The notes beneath the pieces were generated by a model, which was not told the origin of the DNA, ran no database searches, and saw only the letters and a program-made list of their open reading frames with translations. A program made the translations under genes and the position numbers. A DNA stretch of 63,144 nt, counting the filler. It is 5 parts of 5 records of this genome, joined end to end, with 100 filler letters (N's around TTAATTAATTAA, not from the genome) between each part and the next. Parts side by side here need not be neighbours in the genome. Positions count along the whole stretch, not along the records: positions 49,215 to 55,153 come from SRR22947725_4921; positions 55,254 to 63,144 come from SRR22947725_4940; 3 more parts are not named here. One strand, given 5' to 3'. The stretch's first letter is position 1; each line of letters starts with the position of its first letter. This document shows, piece by piece, positions 53,233 to 63,144 of the stretch.

Positions 53233-54129
53233 ATGTTTATGATTCCAAAAATTTCATTAAAAGATTTAGCTGATAATAAAAAATCTACACTTAATCTATT
53301 ATCTGATGCTTTATCTAATCATGGATTTTTTGTAATAACTGATCATAAAATTCCATATACACTTTTTAATGAAGCGTATAAATATTCAGAAAAATTTTTT
53401 AATTTAGATAATTTAGTAAAGACTAAATACTCATTTAGAGAACATGCAGGTGCACGAGGTTATACACCATTTGGAAAAGAAACAGCTTTAGGTGAAACAG
53501 TCCCAGATTTAAAAGAGTTTTGGCATCATGGACCTATTGTAGATAAAACCTTTGATAAGAGAATTTTAAAAAACATTGTTGTTAGTGAAATAGATAATTT
53601 TAATAATATTTTTGACAAGCTATTTAAAGAAATGAACAGTCTTGGTTTAAATCTATTATCTTCAATAAGTCTCACCTTAGATCTTCCGCAAGATTATTTT
53701 GAACAATCAACAAAGCGTGGCAATTCTCTTCTAAGACTAATTCATTATCCACCATCTAATAATGAAAATATGTTTAGAGCAAGAGAACATGCAGATATCA
53801 ATTTAATAACATTGCTTATAGGGGCAAATGAGCCAGGCTTAGAGGTTAAGGATAAATCAGGTACATGGATACCAGTTAGCTCATCCTATGAGGATATTGT
53901 TTGCAATATCGGAGATATGATGCAACTGGTAACTGATCAAAAATTAAAAAGCACACCTCACAGAGTTGTTAAATATAAAAATGACGAACTTAAATCAAGA
54001 TATAGTATTCCTTTTTTTATGCATCCATCACCTGATACAATTTTAAAATCTGTTTTTAATACGGACGATAAGGGTGTTCTTGCTCATGATTTTTTAGATG
54101 AAAGATTAAAAGCTATTAAGTTATACTAA
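53233..54129 (+). CDS. 2OG-Fe(II) dioxygenase, isopenicillin N synthase-like family
   Basis: GFF N-domain, HADINL (HxD), STPHRV, RYSIPFF. Confidence 0.92.
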   Translation: MFMIPKISLKDLADNKKSTLNLLSDALSNHGFFVITDHKIPYTLFNEAYKYSEKFFNLDNLVKTKYSFREHAGARGYTPFGKETALGETVPDLKEFWHHGPIVDKTFDKRILKNIVVSEIDNFNNIFDKLFKEMNSLGLNLLSSISLTLDLPQDYFEQSTKRGNSLLRLIHYPPSNNENMFRAREHADINLITLLIGANEPGLEVKDKSGTWIPVSSSYEDIVCNIGDMMQLVTDQKLKSTPHRVVKYKNDELKSRYSIPFFMHPSPDTILKSVFNTDDKGVLAHDFLDERLKAIKLY

Positions 54130-54133
54130 TTTA

Positions 54134-55153
54134 ATGAATACTCAACTTATTCTCCATATCATTATAGGTTTCATTGGATTAATTTTGTTAGCAATACCTT
54201 TTTCAAATAACAGAAAAATAATAAATTTTAAATATATATTTTACGGGATAGTATCTCAGCTATTTTTAGCAGCAATTCTCTTAAAGGTACCACTTGTTAT
54301 TAATTTTTTTGAATTGATGGGTAATGGAGTAACAATATTGCAGAATGCTACTTCTGAAGGAGCAAGTTTTGTTTTTGGTTACCCACCATCAGATTCTTCA
54401 TCAGTATATCGTTCTCTTTTGGAAACATTTGCCTTTGGTGTATTGCCATATATTATTGTTATGTCCTGCATATCAGCAATCTTGTGGTACTGGGGGATCC
54501 TTCCATTTATTGTAAATATTATTTCTAAAGCATGTCAAAAATTATTCAATATAGGTGGGCCAGTTGGACTAGGAGCTGCAGCTAATGTTTTTATAGGTCA
54601 GGTTGAAGCACCTCTCTTAATTAAACCCTACATACATAAGCTTTCTAATAAAGAATTACTTATCTTGATGACAGCTGGAATGGCAACTGTTGCTGGTTCA
54701 GTCATGGTCGCCCTTATAAGTATTTTAGAAGTTCAATTTGCAAACGTAAATTTAATTCAGCATTTTTTAACCGCATCAATATTGTCTGTACCTGCAGCAA
54801 TTATGTATGCAAACATCATGATCCCTTCAAATGAAACTACAGACTCTAATGATGAAGCTGCACCTAAAGTTTATAGCAGCACTATGGATGCCATCACAAC
54901 AGGAACAACTCAAGGCTCAAATATAGCATTGAGCGTTGGTACAATTCTAATTGCTATTATAGCTTTGGTTTATATTGTTAATTCTTTCTTGTCTTTTGTT
55001 GGTGGTTATTTTGGATTAGATTTATCTATAGAACTATTGCTTGGATATATTTTTGCACCTATTACATGGCTAATGGGAATTCCATGGAGCGAAGCAATAG
55101 TAGCTGGTGAACTTCTTGGCTTAAAAACAACTCTTAATGAATTTGTTGCTTAT
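54134..55153 (+). CDS. nupC: NupC/CNT concentrative nucleoside transporter (3' truncated)
   Basis: AANVFIGQVEAPLLIKPY, MTAGMATVAGS, KTTLNEFVAY. Confidence 0.92.
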
Positions 55154-55253
55154 NNNNNNNNNNNNNNNNNNNNNNNNNNNNNNNNNNNNNNNNNNNNTTA
55201 ATTAATTAANNNNNNNNNNNNNNNNNNNNNNNNNNNNNNNNNNNNNNNNNNNN
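55154..55253. other. Artificial contig spacer
   Basis: N run with TTAATTAATTAA. Confidence 0.98.
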
Positions 55254-56633
55254 ATTATAATATTTTTCTACTTTTTTAAAATTTGACCTAATTGCATTAT
55301 CTAAAGCGTTGACAGGACCGTTTCCTTCACCATCACATTCTATTTTTTTTCCATCAATCAAGAAAACAACATTAGCTTTCGTAGAAATATTCTCAGATTT
55401 TGAAACATTTACGTTATAACTTTCAACTTTTAAATATTCAGGTACTTTGCCGAGCAGTCTGTTAGCTAAAAGTTCAAAAGATGCATCTGCTCCATCATAT
55501 GAATAACCACTAAACTCTCTTTCTTTAACTTCATCCAATATTTTTTGAACTTTTTTGTCTTTGGAGTCGATTTTAACTCCATAAGCTTCTAGTCTAGATA
55601 AAATATTAGAGCGACCAGCTTGATTTGAAATTATTATATTTCTGTGATTACCAATTAGTTTAGGATCAATATGTTCGTAGGTTTTTGGATCTTTTTTTAC
55701 TGCAGAGACATGCAAACCTCCTTTATGAGAAAAAGCAGAAGCTCCTACATATGGTAAGTTTTTATTTGGTTTTTTATTCAATATTTCATCTAATAGTCTA
55801 GAACAATCTGTTAAAGAACTAAGTTTTTCTTTTTTAATATTTAATTCGAATTTTTCACTGAAAGATTTCTTTAGAGATAATGTCGGTATAATTGACATTA
55901 AATTTGCGTTCCCACATCTTTCTCCAAGACCATTAATGGTTCCTTGTACTTGTCTAGCTCCTGCTTGTATTGCTGTTAAGGAATTTGCTACAGCATTTTC
56001 AGTATCGTTATGAGCGTGAATGCCTAAACTTTTTCCAGGTATGACTTTTAAAACTTTAGAAACAATTTCACCAATCTCATGAGGTAAAGTTCCACCGTTT
56101 GTGTCACAAAGTACTACCCACCTAGCTCCTTGATCATATGCGTTTTTTAAACAGTCTAAAGCATAATCAGGGTTAGCTTTGAAACCGTCAAAAAAATGTT
56201 CGGCATCGAATAAAAACTCTTTTTTATTTTTTACTACATGTTTTGCAGTCTCTCGAATGTTATCTAAATTATCCTCATTATTTATACCTAAAGCAGTTTT
56301 AACATGAAAATCCCAGGCTTTGCCTACAACACAGACTGCTGGACATGACGCATTAATTAAAGGTGATAGAGATGGATCATTTTCAGCACTACGACCTGTT
56401 TTTTTTGTCATGCCAAAAGCAGTAAAGATAGATTTATTTAAATTAATAGGTTTAGAAAAAAATTCTGTATCAACAGGATTGGCTCCTGGCCATCCTCCTT
56501 CTATATAATCAATGCCAATTTCAGACAAAATATTTGCAATTTTTTTTTTATCTTCTAAAGAAAAATCAACGCCTTCTGTTTGGGCGCCGTCTCTTAAAGT
56601 TGTATCAAAAATAAATATTTTCTCTTTGCTCAT
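55254..56633 (-). CDS. cimA: Citramalate synthase (3' truncated)
   Basis: DTTLRDGAQ, IEGGWPGANP, DAEHFFDG, HAHND, HKGGLH; ATG overlaps the cysS stop. Confidence 0.9.
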
Positions 56634-57979
56634 TTGAATTTCCAAACAGTTTTATCTTTTTGATCTTCGATAACTACATCTTTTTTTAATAATTCATCTC
56701 TTATTTGATCTGCTAATTTATAGTTACCATTATTTTTAGCGTTCAATCTTTCATTGATTTTATTTAATATGAATTCTTCAGATATATTTGAGTTAGATTT
56801 TTTAAATTTATCCCACTCATTTTTACTTAGATTAAATAATCCAATAAATCTACAAGCGCTATTGAAGTTTTTTTTACTTTTTTCATCTCCTTTTTTTGCA
56901 GTATTATAAAGTTCATGAATTTTGGCAATGAATCCTGGGGTATTCAAATCGTCTAATAAACTTTCAATTATCTTTGGTTCTAATTTTTCTTCAGTATCTT
57001 CATAAAGTTGATACCATTTTTCAATTGTAGATTTTTGTTCTAGTAAAAGTTTTTCATTCCAGTCTAATGGCTGACTATAATGAGCACTCATAAGAGCTAA
57101 CCTAACTACTTGACCAGAATACCTTTTAACGGCGTCTGAAATAGTCACAATATTTCCCAAGGACTTTGACATTTTTTCTTTATTAATTGTAACAAAGCCA
57201 TTGTGCACCCAATAATTTGAAAATATTTGAATTGAGTTATTACTGCATGACTGAGCAATTTCATTTTCATGATGAGGAAAAATTAAATCTAATCCTCCAC
57301 CGTGAATATCAAAGGTTTTTCCTAAATATTTTTCACTCATTACAGAACATTCTAAGTGCCAGCCAGGTCTGCCTCTTCCCCATGGTGAATCCCAGCCAGG
57401 ATCTTGATCTAAAGATGGTTTCCATAAAACAAAATCCATTGGATTTTTCTTTAATTTTGATACTTCTATTCTTGATCCTGCTTTTAATTCTTCTAAGTTT
57501 TTGTTAGATAGCTTTCCATAATCTTTAAAACTCGAAACAGAAAAATAGACGTGTCCCTCTGAAACATATGCAAATTTCTTGTTAATCAATGAAGTTGTCA
57601 TTTCAATCATTTCTTTAATATGTTCTGTAGCTTTAGGTTCTTTAGTTGGTCGTAAACAATTTAAGGATATACAATTTTCATGAAAAACTTTAGTCACTCC
57701 TTCAGTAATTTCTTGAATTGTTTTATTTTTTTTCTTTGATGCTTCGATTATTTTATCATCAACATCAGTGATATTTCTTACATAATTTACATTTTGATAA
57801 ATTTTTTTTAAAACTCTAAAAAGAATATCAAACACAACTAAAGTTCGAGCATTACCTACATGTGGGTTATCGTAAACGGTTGGTCCACACGAGTACATTG
57901 TAATTTCTTTTGAGTTGATAGGTTTAAATAATTCTTTTTTTCTTGTTAAAGTATTAGTTATTTTTAAGTTAAGATTCAT
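56630..57979 (-). CDS. cysS: Cysteinyl-tRNA synthetase
   Basis: CGPTVY..HVGN, GRPGWHLEC, FPHHENE, KMSKS. Confidence 0.97.
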   Translation of the reverse strand: MNLNLKITNTLTRKKELFKPINSKEITMYSCGPTVYDNPHVGNARTLVVFDILFRVLKKIYQNVNYVRNITDVDDKIIEASKKKNKTIQEITEGVTKVFHENCISLNCLRPTKEPKATEHIKEMIEMTTSLINKKFAYVSEGHVYFSVSSFKDYGKLSNKNLEELKAGSRIEVSKLKKNPMDFVLWKPSLDQDPGWDSPWGRGRPGWHLECSVMSEKYLGKTFDIHGGGLDLIFPHHENEIAQSCSNNSIQIFSNYWVHNGFVTINKEKMSKSLGNIVTISDAVKRYSGQVVRLALMSAHYSQPLDWNEKLLLEQKSTIEKWYQLYEDTEEKLEPKIIESLLDDLNTPGFIAKIHELYNTAKKGDEKSKKNFNSACRFIGLFNLSKNEWDKFKKSNSNISEEFILNKINERLNAKNNGNYKLADQIRDELLKKDVVIEDQKDKTVWKFK

Positions 57980-58709
57980 TAAATTTGCAAACTGGAATTG
58001 GGTTCATTTTGTGTAAATTTTTTTCTCTTATTTCTAAATATTTTTTATAATTGGGATCATTTTTATCCTCCATAGCTTTTTCAAGATCCTCATAACTCAT
58101 TCCAAGTTGTTGAACATCGTTTCGTCCGTCATCCCATAAACCATCTGTTGGAGGGGTGCTTATGATATCTTCTGATACCCCAAGAAATCTTCCTAGTTCC
58201 CAAACCTGAGTTTTATTACAATCAGCTATTGGAGATATATCAACTCCTCCATCACCATATTTAGTATAAAAACCAATACCAAAATCCTCAACTTTATTTC
58301 CTGTGCCTACAACTATTCCATTATTTGCAGCAGCTACTTGATATAAAGATGCCATTCTTAATCTCGCTCTTGAGTTAGCGTATCCATGCTCATTATCAAA
58401 GTTGGTTAAAACTTGAGAAAATGAAGTAAAAATTTTATCCATTTCTAATAAATGATGTTCCACATTCTTATATTTTTGTTTTAACCATTTTGCATGAGTT
58501 AAACTTAAATCATGTTGAGACTTAATTTGCTTTATTGGCATTGTTAACACAATTGTTTTACGACCAGTGTTTGCGCATAAAGTGCTAACAACTGAAGAGT
58601 CAATTCCACCTGATATTCCTATAACTAAAGCTTTAGGTTTATATGAAGTCGAGTCACAATAGTTATTTATCCAGTCAGTAATTATTTTAGCTCTTTTTTT
58701 TACATCCAT
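57969..58709 (-). CDS. nadE: NH3-dependent NAD+ synthetase
   Basis: GISGGIDS, ARLRM, GTGNKVE, TKYGDGG. Confidence 0.95.
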   Translation of the reverse strand: MDVKKRAKIITDWINNYCDSTSYKPKALVIGISGGIDSSVVSTLCANTGRKTIVLTMPIKQIKSQHDLSLTHAKWLKQKYKNVEHHLLEMDKIFTSFSQVLTNFDNEHGYANSRARLRMASLYQVAAANNGIVVGTGNKVEDFGIGFYTKYGDGGVDISPIADCNKTQVWELGRFLGVSEDIISTPPTDGLWDDGRNDVQQLGMSYEDLEKAMEDKNDPNYKKYLEIREKNLHKMNPIPVCKFNES

Positions 58710-58762
58710 AATTAATACTTCATCTCTCTTTTAAGGTTTGGTCTTAATAATTACAATAATTA

Positions 58763-60145
58763 TTAAGACGCGGCTTGAATAATTTTGTTTGATATTTTTG
58801 AATTTTTCTTAATTTCTTCAGAAATTAAGAAAGCTAGCTCTAAAGCTTGGTCTGCATTTAATCTTGGGTCACAGTGTGTTCTATATCTACTAGAGAGATC
58901 TTTATCAGATATTTTTTGAGTGCCACCTGTACATTCAGTTACATCTTGGCCAGTCATCTCAATATGCAGTCCGCCAGCATAACTTTTTTCTGCGTGACTT
59001 ACTGCAAAGAAATTTTTTACTTCTTTAAGAACATTTTCAAAAGGTCTTGTTTTAAATCCTGTAGCCGCTTTAATTGTATTACCGTGCATAGGATCACAAG
59101 ACCAAATTACTTTAAGACCTTCTTTTTTGATTGCTTGCATTAATTTTGGTAAATATTTTTGAACATTGTCAGCCCCAAATCTTGAAATTAATGTTAATCT
59201 ACCAGCTTCATTTTCAGGATTTAGAATATTACATAAATTAATTAGTTCTTCTGGTTTTAATGTTGGGCCACACTTAAGACCTATAGGGTTTTTAATACCT
59301 CTGCAAAATTCAACATGAGCTCCATCAGGTTGTCTTGTTCTGTCACCTATCCATACAAAATGAGCTGAGGTATCATGATATTCGCCTGTTGTTGAGTCTA
59401 CACGAGTCATAGATTCCTCGAATGGCAAATGTAAAGCTTCATGTGAAGTATAAAAGTTTACAGTTTTTAATCTTCTACTGTTGTCAGAATTAATTCCACA
59501 TGCTTCCATAAAAGCGAGTGCATCACTTATCTTATCTTCAATCTCTTTATATTTGCCTTTAGTTTTATCTTTTATGAAACCCAAATTCCATAAATGCACT
59601 TGTCTTAAATCTGCAAAACCACCTTGTGAAAAAGCTCTTAGTAAGTTTAAAGTAGAAGCTGATTGAGAATATGCTCTAAATAATCTTTTCGCATCTGGAA
59701 TTCTGGTTTTTTCAGAAAATTCCATTCCATTAATATTATCACCAAGATAGCTTGGTAATTCTATACCATCTTTTTTTTCAGTAGGTGCACTTCTAGGTTT
59801 TGAAAATTGTCCAGCAATCCTGCCAACTTTCACAACAGGCACTGAGGCTGATGCAGTTAAAACTAAAGACATTTGTAAAAGAACTTTAAAAGTATCTCTT
59901 ATATTATCAGGATGAAATTCAGCAAAACTCTCAGCACAATCTCCGCCTTGCAATAAAAAGGCTTTACCATCTACAACCTCTGCCAAAGATTTTTTTAAAG
60001 ATCTAGACTCTCCAGCAAAAACTAATGGAGGGTATTTTTTAATTTTTCTTAAAACTAAATCTAGTTCTTCTTTATCTTTATAATCAGGTAGATGTTTAGC
60101 AGGGTATTTCGTCCAGCTATTTAAATTCCATTTTTTCATATTCAA
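58763..60145 (-). CDS. Class II DAHP synthase
   Basis: [38 protein letters not shown]. Confidence 0.95.
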   Translation of the reverse strand: MNMKKWNLNSWTKYPAKHLPDYKDKEELDLVLRKIKKYPPLVFAGESRSLKKSLAEVVDGKAFLLQGGDCAESFAEFHPDNIRDTFKVLLQMSLVLTASASVPVVKVGRIAGQFSKPRSAPTEKKDGIELPSYLGDNINGMEFSEKTRIPDAKRLFRAYSQSASTLNLLRAFSQGGFADLRQVHLWNLGFIKDKTKGKYKEIEDKISDALAFMEACGINSDNSRRLKTVNFYTSHEALHLPFEESMTRVDSTTGEYHDTSAHFVWIGDRTRQPDGAHVEFCRGIKNPIGLKCGPTLKPEELINLCNILNPENEAGRLTLISRFGADNVQKYLPKLMQAIKKEGLKVIWSCDPMHGNTIKAATGFKTRPFENVLKEVKNFFAVSHAEKSYAGGLHIEMTGQDVTECTGGTQKISDKDLSSRYRTHCDPRLNADQALELAFLISEEIKKNSKISNKIIQAAS

Positions 60146-60202
60146 CCTGCGATATATATAGAGTATTCGTAAAAAATATTCAATAAATTATTAACTTAAT
60201 AT

Positions 60203-60628
60203 TTACTTAAATGTTTCTACTTTGCTATTTAAAGAGATAAGTTTTAATTCGATCTTCAATTTTGGATATTTTTTTTTAAAGATTTTTTTTATTTTTTGAA
60301 AGGAATTTCTATGCACTTTTGTCTCATTTATTCTGGAAAATTCTTTTTTTCCGTTAATTATTTTTGCAGCCCCACAATCTCGGTGATTAATAACAATTAA
60401 TTTCTTTATACTATGTAACTTTAAAGAAATATCAAAATTATCCCAAAAAGATTTATGCCATTTTTTAAATTTATAAGCTGTAACGCCTATAGATGAACCT
60501 GCAATTGTTACTGCACTATATTTTCCATTTAATTTCTTTTTTTTTAGGTAATTATAAACTATAGGCTGAAAGCGAGGATCCATACAAGATAGAACCATAG
60601 CTTGGAATTTTTTTTTCATTTTATTCAA
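60203..60628 (-). CDS. Short beta-carbonic-anhydrase-like protein
   Basis: CMDPR (CxDxR) and HRDC (HxxC) zinc-ligand motifs. Confidence 0.75.
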   Translation of the reverse strand: MNKMKKKFQAMVLSCMDPRFQPIVYNYLKKKKLNGKYSAVTIAGSSIGVTAYKFKKWHKSFWDNFDISLKLHSIKKLIVINHRDCGAAKIINGKKEFSRINETKVHRNSFQKIKKIFKKKYPKLKIELKLISLNSKVETFK

Positions 60629-62438
60629 CTGTAACTGACTTTGCTAAATTTCGAGGTTTATCTATATCGCAATTTTTTAATAGCGCTACGTGATATGCTA
60701 ATAGCTGCAAAGGTATGGTTAATAATAAAGGCGATAGTAAACTGTCAACTCTTGGCACTCTTAATCTAAATCTAATATTAGTGCTTAATAATCTTTGATT
60801 ACTATCAGTTATAAAAAATATTTTTCCTCCTCTTGCTATGACTTCCTGCATATTAGAAAGAGTTTTTTCATAATATTTATCTTTTGGAGCAATTACTATT
60901 ACTGGTAATCCCTCTTCTATCAAAGCTAAAGGTCCATGTTTCATTTCTCCTGCTGGATAACCTTCGGCATGTAAATAAGAAAGTTCTTTTAATTTTAAAG
61001 CGCCTTCTAGCGCTATTGGAAAAGAATTACCTCTTCCAAGAAACATTGATCCCTTGGCATCTAAGAATTCTTTGGCCATTAATTGAATTTCACTTTCAAG
61101 TTTTAGTGTATTTTTAATTGACTCAGGAAGTTTTTGTAAGTTTTCTACATTGGTATCATAGGTTTTTTTATCAACGTCACCTCTCACAATAGAAAGTTTT
61201 AAAGAGAGAATATATAAAACTATTAATTGTCCTAAAAAAGCTTTTGTTGAGGCTACTCCAATCTCTGGGCCAGCATGAATAGGCAAAACCCAATCAGAAT
61301 TTCTAGCAATAGTGCTTTCAACAACATTTACAATTGAACAAGTTTTAACTTTATTTTTCTTACAAATATCTAAAGCAGCAGCAGTGTCAGCAGTTTCACC
61401 AGATTGAGAAACAAAAATATATAAATTATTGAAGTTAAATTTCAAATTTCTATATCGAAATTCTGAAGCTATATCTATTTCAACATCAATTGATGTTAAT
61501 TCCTCAAGCCAATATTTAGCAACTAGACATGAATGATATGCGGTACCGCATCCAATTAATATTATCTTATTAATTTTTTTTGGATCTACTGGAAAATTAT
61601 AAATATTAATATCTTTTTTAAGACTGTCGGTATATTCACTTATACATTTTTTTATTGTGCTTGATTGTTCAAAAATCTCTTTTGACATAAAGTTTTTATA
61701 ATCACCTTTGTCAGGAGTATTTTCATCATCAGATACAGTATGAACTTTTTTATTTATTTTAGTTTGATTTGAGTCAAAAAAAGTCACATCATTTTTAGTT
61801 AGCATGCATACTTCTCCATCATCTAAATAGGAGATTTTATTTGTCATAGATTTCAAAGCATAAGAGTCAGAACCTAAATAATTTTCATCATTAGAAAAAC
61901 CTACTGCTAAAGGACTGCCTCTTCTTGCTCCAATAATCATATCTGAGTGGTTTTTAAATATAATGCCAAGAGCGAAGCTGCCTTTTAATTTTTTTAAAGT
62001 TTTAAATACCGAGTCTAAAGGTGGTGAATTTTTTAAATATTGTGTGATTAATATTGTGATCACTTCAGTATCAGTCTCTGACTTAAATTTAAATCCTTTT
62101 TCTTCAAGATCTTTTTTTAATTCATCAGAATTTTCAATTATTCCATTATGCACAACAGAAACTTCCTCCGAGGAGTGAGGATGTGCATTTACAATATTAG
62201 GAATTCCGTGTGTGGCCCATCTAACATGGCCTATTCCAATATTTCCGTTTGAAGGATTTTTAAATAATATTTTTTCTAACTCATCGACTCTTCCAGAACA
62301 TTTTTTTTCATCAATTAGGTTGTTATCTAGTGTTGCTAATCCAGCAGAGTCATAGCCTCTATACTCTAATTTTTTAAGTGAATTAATTATGTTAATCGAA
62401 ACAGGTTTATTACTTACAATTCCAATAATTCCACACAT
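60621..62438 (-). CDS. glmS: Glutamine--fructose-6-phosphate aminotransferase
   Basis: MCGIIG, EYRGYDSAG, SQSGETAD, PRNLAKSVTVE. Confidence 0.98.
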   Translation of the reverse strand: MCGIIGIVSNKPVSINIINSLKKLEYRGYDSAGLATLDNNLIDEKKCSGRVDELEKILFKNPSNGNIGIGHVRWATHGIPNIVNAHPHSSEEVSVVHNGIIENSDELKKDLEEKGFKFKSETDTEVITILITQYLKNSPPLDSVFKTLKKLKGSFALGIIFKNHSDMIIGARRGSPLAVGFSNDENYLGSDSYALKSMTNKISYLDDGEVCMLTKNDVTFFDSNQTKINKKVHTVSDDENTPDKGDYKNFMSKEIFEQSSTIKKCISEYTDSLKKDINIYNFPVDPKKINKIILIGCGTAYHSCLVAKYWLEELTSIDVEIDIASEFRYRNLKFNFNNLYIFVSQSGETADTAAALDICKKNKVKTCSIVNVVESTIARNSDWVLPIHAGPEIGVASTKAFLGQLIVLYILSLKLSIVRGDVDKKTYDTNVENLQKLPESIKNTLKLESEIQLMAKEFLDAKGSMFLGRGNSFPIALEGALKLKELSYLHAEGYPAGEMKHGPLALIEEGLPVIVIAPKDKYYEKTLSNMQEVIARGGKIFFITDSNQRLLSTNIRFRLRVPRVDSLLSPLLLTIPLQLLAYHVALLKNCDIDKPRNLAKSVTVE

Positions 62439-63082
62439 TACTTTTTCTTTCTTTTGTAATTTTTTATTTCAATTTGTTGAGCTCTTGTAAGTGCTAAAGA
62501 CTTTTTCTTTACATTTTTAGTAATTACTGAGCCTGCTCCAACTATACTATTTTTATCAATTCTTACTGGGGCTACAAGTGATGAATTAGATCCTATAAAA
62601 ACATCATCAGAAATTTTTGTTTTAGATTTTTTTACTCCATCATAATTACATGTAATTGTTCCGGCACCTATATTTGAGTTTTTTCCAATTGAAGCATCTC
62701 CAATATATGAAAGATGATTTACTTTAGAGTTTTGATTTATATTTGATTTTTTTGTTTCTACAAAATTTCCAATTTTGGAATTGTTTTTTAAAACTGTTCC
62801 CTCTCTTAACCTTGCGTAAGGTCCAACTGAAACATTTTTCTCAATTTTTGTTCCCTCAATATGACTAAATGATTTTATATATGAATTGTCTCCTACTTTA
62901 ACCTTTGGACCAAAAACTACATAGGGTTCCACTGTTACATTTTTTCCGAAAGTAGTGTCTTTTGATAAAAAAATTGTTTCAGGAGCAATTAAATTAACAC
63001 CATTAGCTAAAGCCTTATTTCTTAAAATCTCCTGAGATAAACGATATGAATTGGCTCTATCTAATTTTGTATTTCTTTTCAT
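62438..63082 (-). CDS. glmU: GlmU acetyltransferase (left-handed beta-helix) domain only
   Basis: [34 protein letters not shown]; in-frame TAA directly before the ATG. Confidence 0.85.
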   Translation of the reverse strand: MKRNTKLDRANSYRLSQEILRNKALANGVNLIAPETIFLSKDTTFGKNVTVEPYVVFGPKVKVGDNSYIKSFSHIEGTKIEKNVSVGPYARLREGTVLKNNSKIGNFVETKKSNINQNSKVNHLSYIGDASIGKNSNIGAGTITCNYDGVKKSKTKISDDVFIGSNSSLVAPVRIDKNSIVGAGSVITKNVKKKSLALTRAQQIEIKNYKRKKK

Positions 63083-63144
63083 TTAAAAATTCTTTACATT
63101 AGGAATGTAACTTTAATAAGTCACAAAATATTTCTTTTTAATAC

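Overview
The window joins five unrelated contigs with 100-nt N spacers, each carrying a TTAATTAATTAA linker, so nothing should be read across the joins. (1) 1-15769: AT-rich bacterium (FCB/Marinimicrobia-like by gene order, inferred) with parAB, an M23 peptidase, bactofilin, the F1Fo atp operon, tdh-kbl, secDF, a small tandem-repeat protein and a truncated tRNA-Arg. (2) 15870-25149: GC-rich green-algal nuclear DNA with starch branching enzyme, COQ10, RPL37 (GC-AG intron), two hypothetical genes and OEP80. (3) 25250-49114: proteobacterial flagellar cluster, flgBCDEF-flgGHIJKL with sigma54 promoters and very large FlgE and FlgK, followed by four flagellins with sigma28-like promoters. (4) 49215-55153: AT-rich bacterium (SAR86-like, inferred) with serS, a TonB-dependent receptor, a 2OG-Fe(II) oxygenase and NupC. 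(5) 55254-63144: Pelagibacter-like housekeeping genes. The main candidate for a new system is in contig 3. A 1027-aa flagellin carries a complete serralysin-type metzincin protease (HEIGHALGLSH, Met-turn, RTX beta-roll). It is translationally coupled to a small secreted protein that may be its inhibitor, and its neighbouring flagellins carry cadherin-like and carbohydrate-binding-like inserts. Together these suggest a filament that binds and digests substrate. Family and taxonomic calls come from reading motifs by eye; no searches were run.
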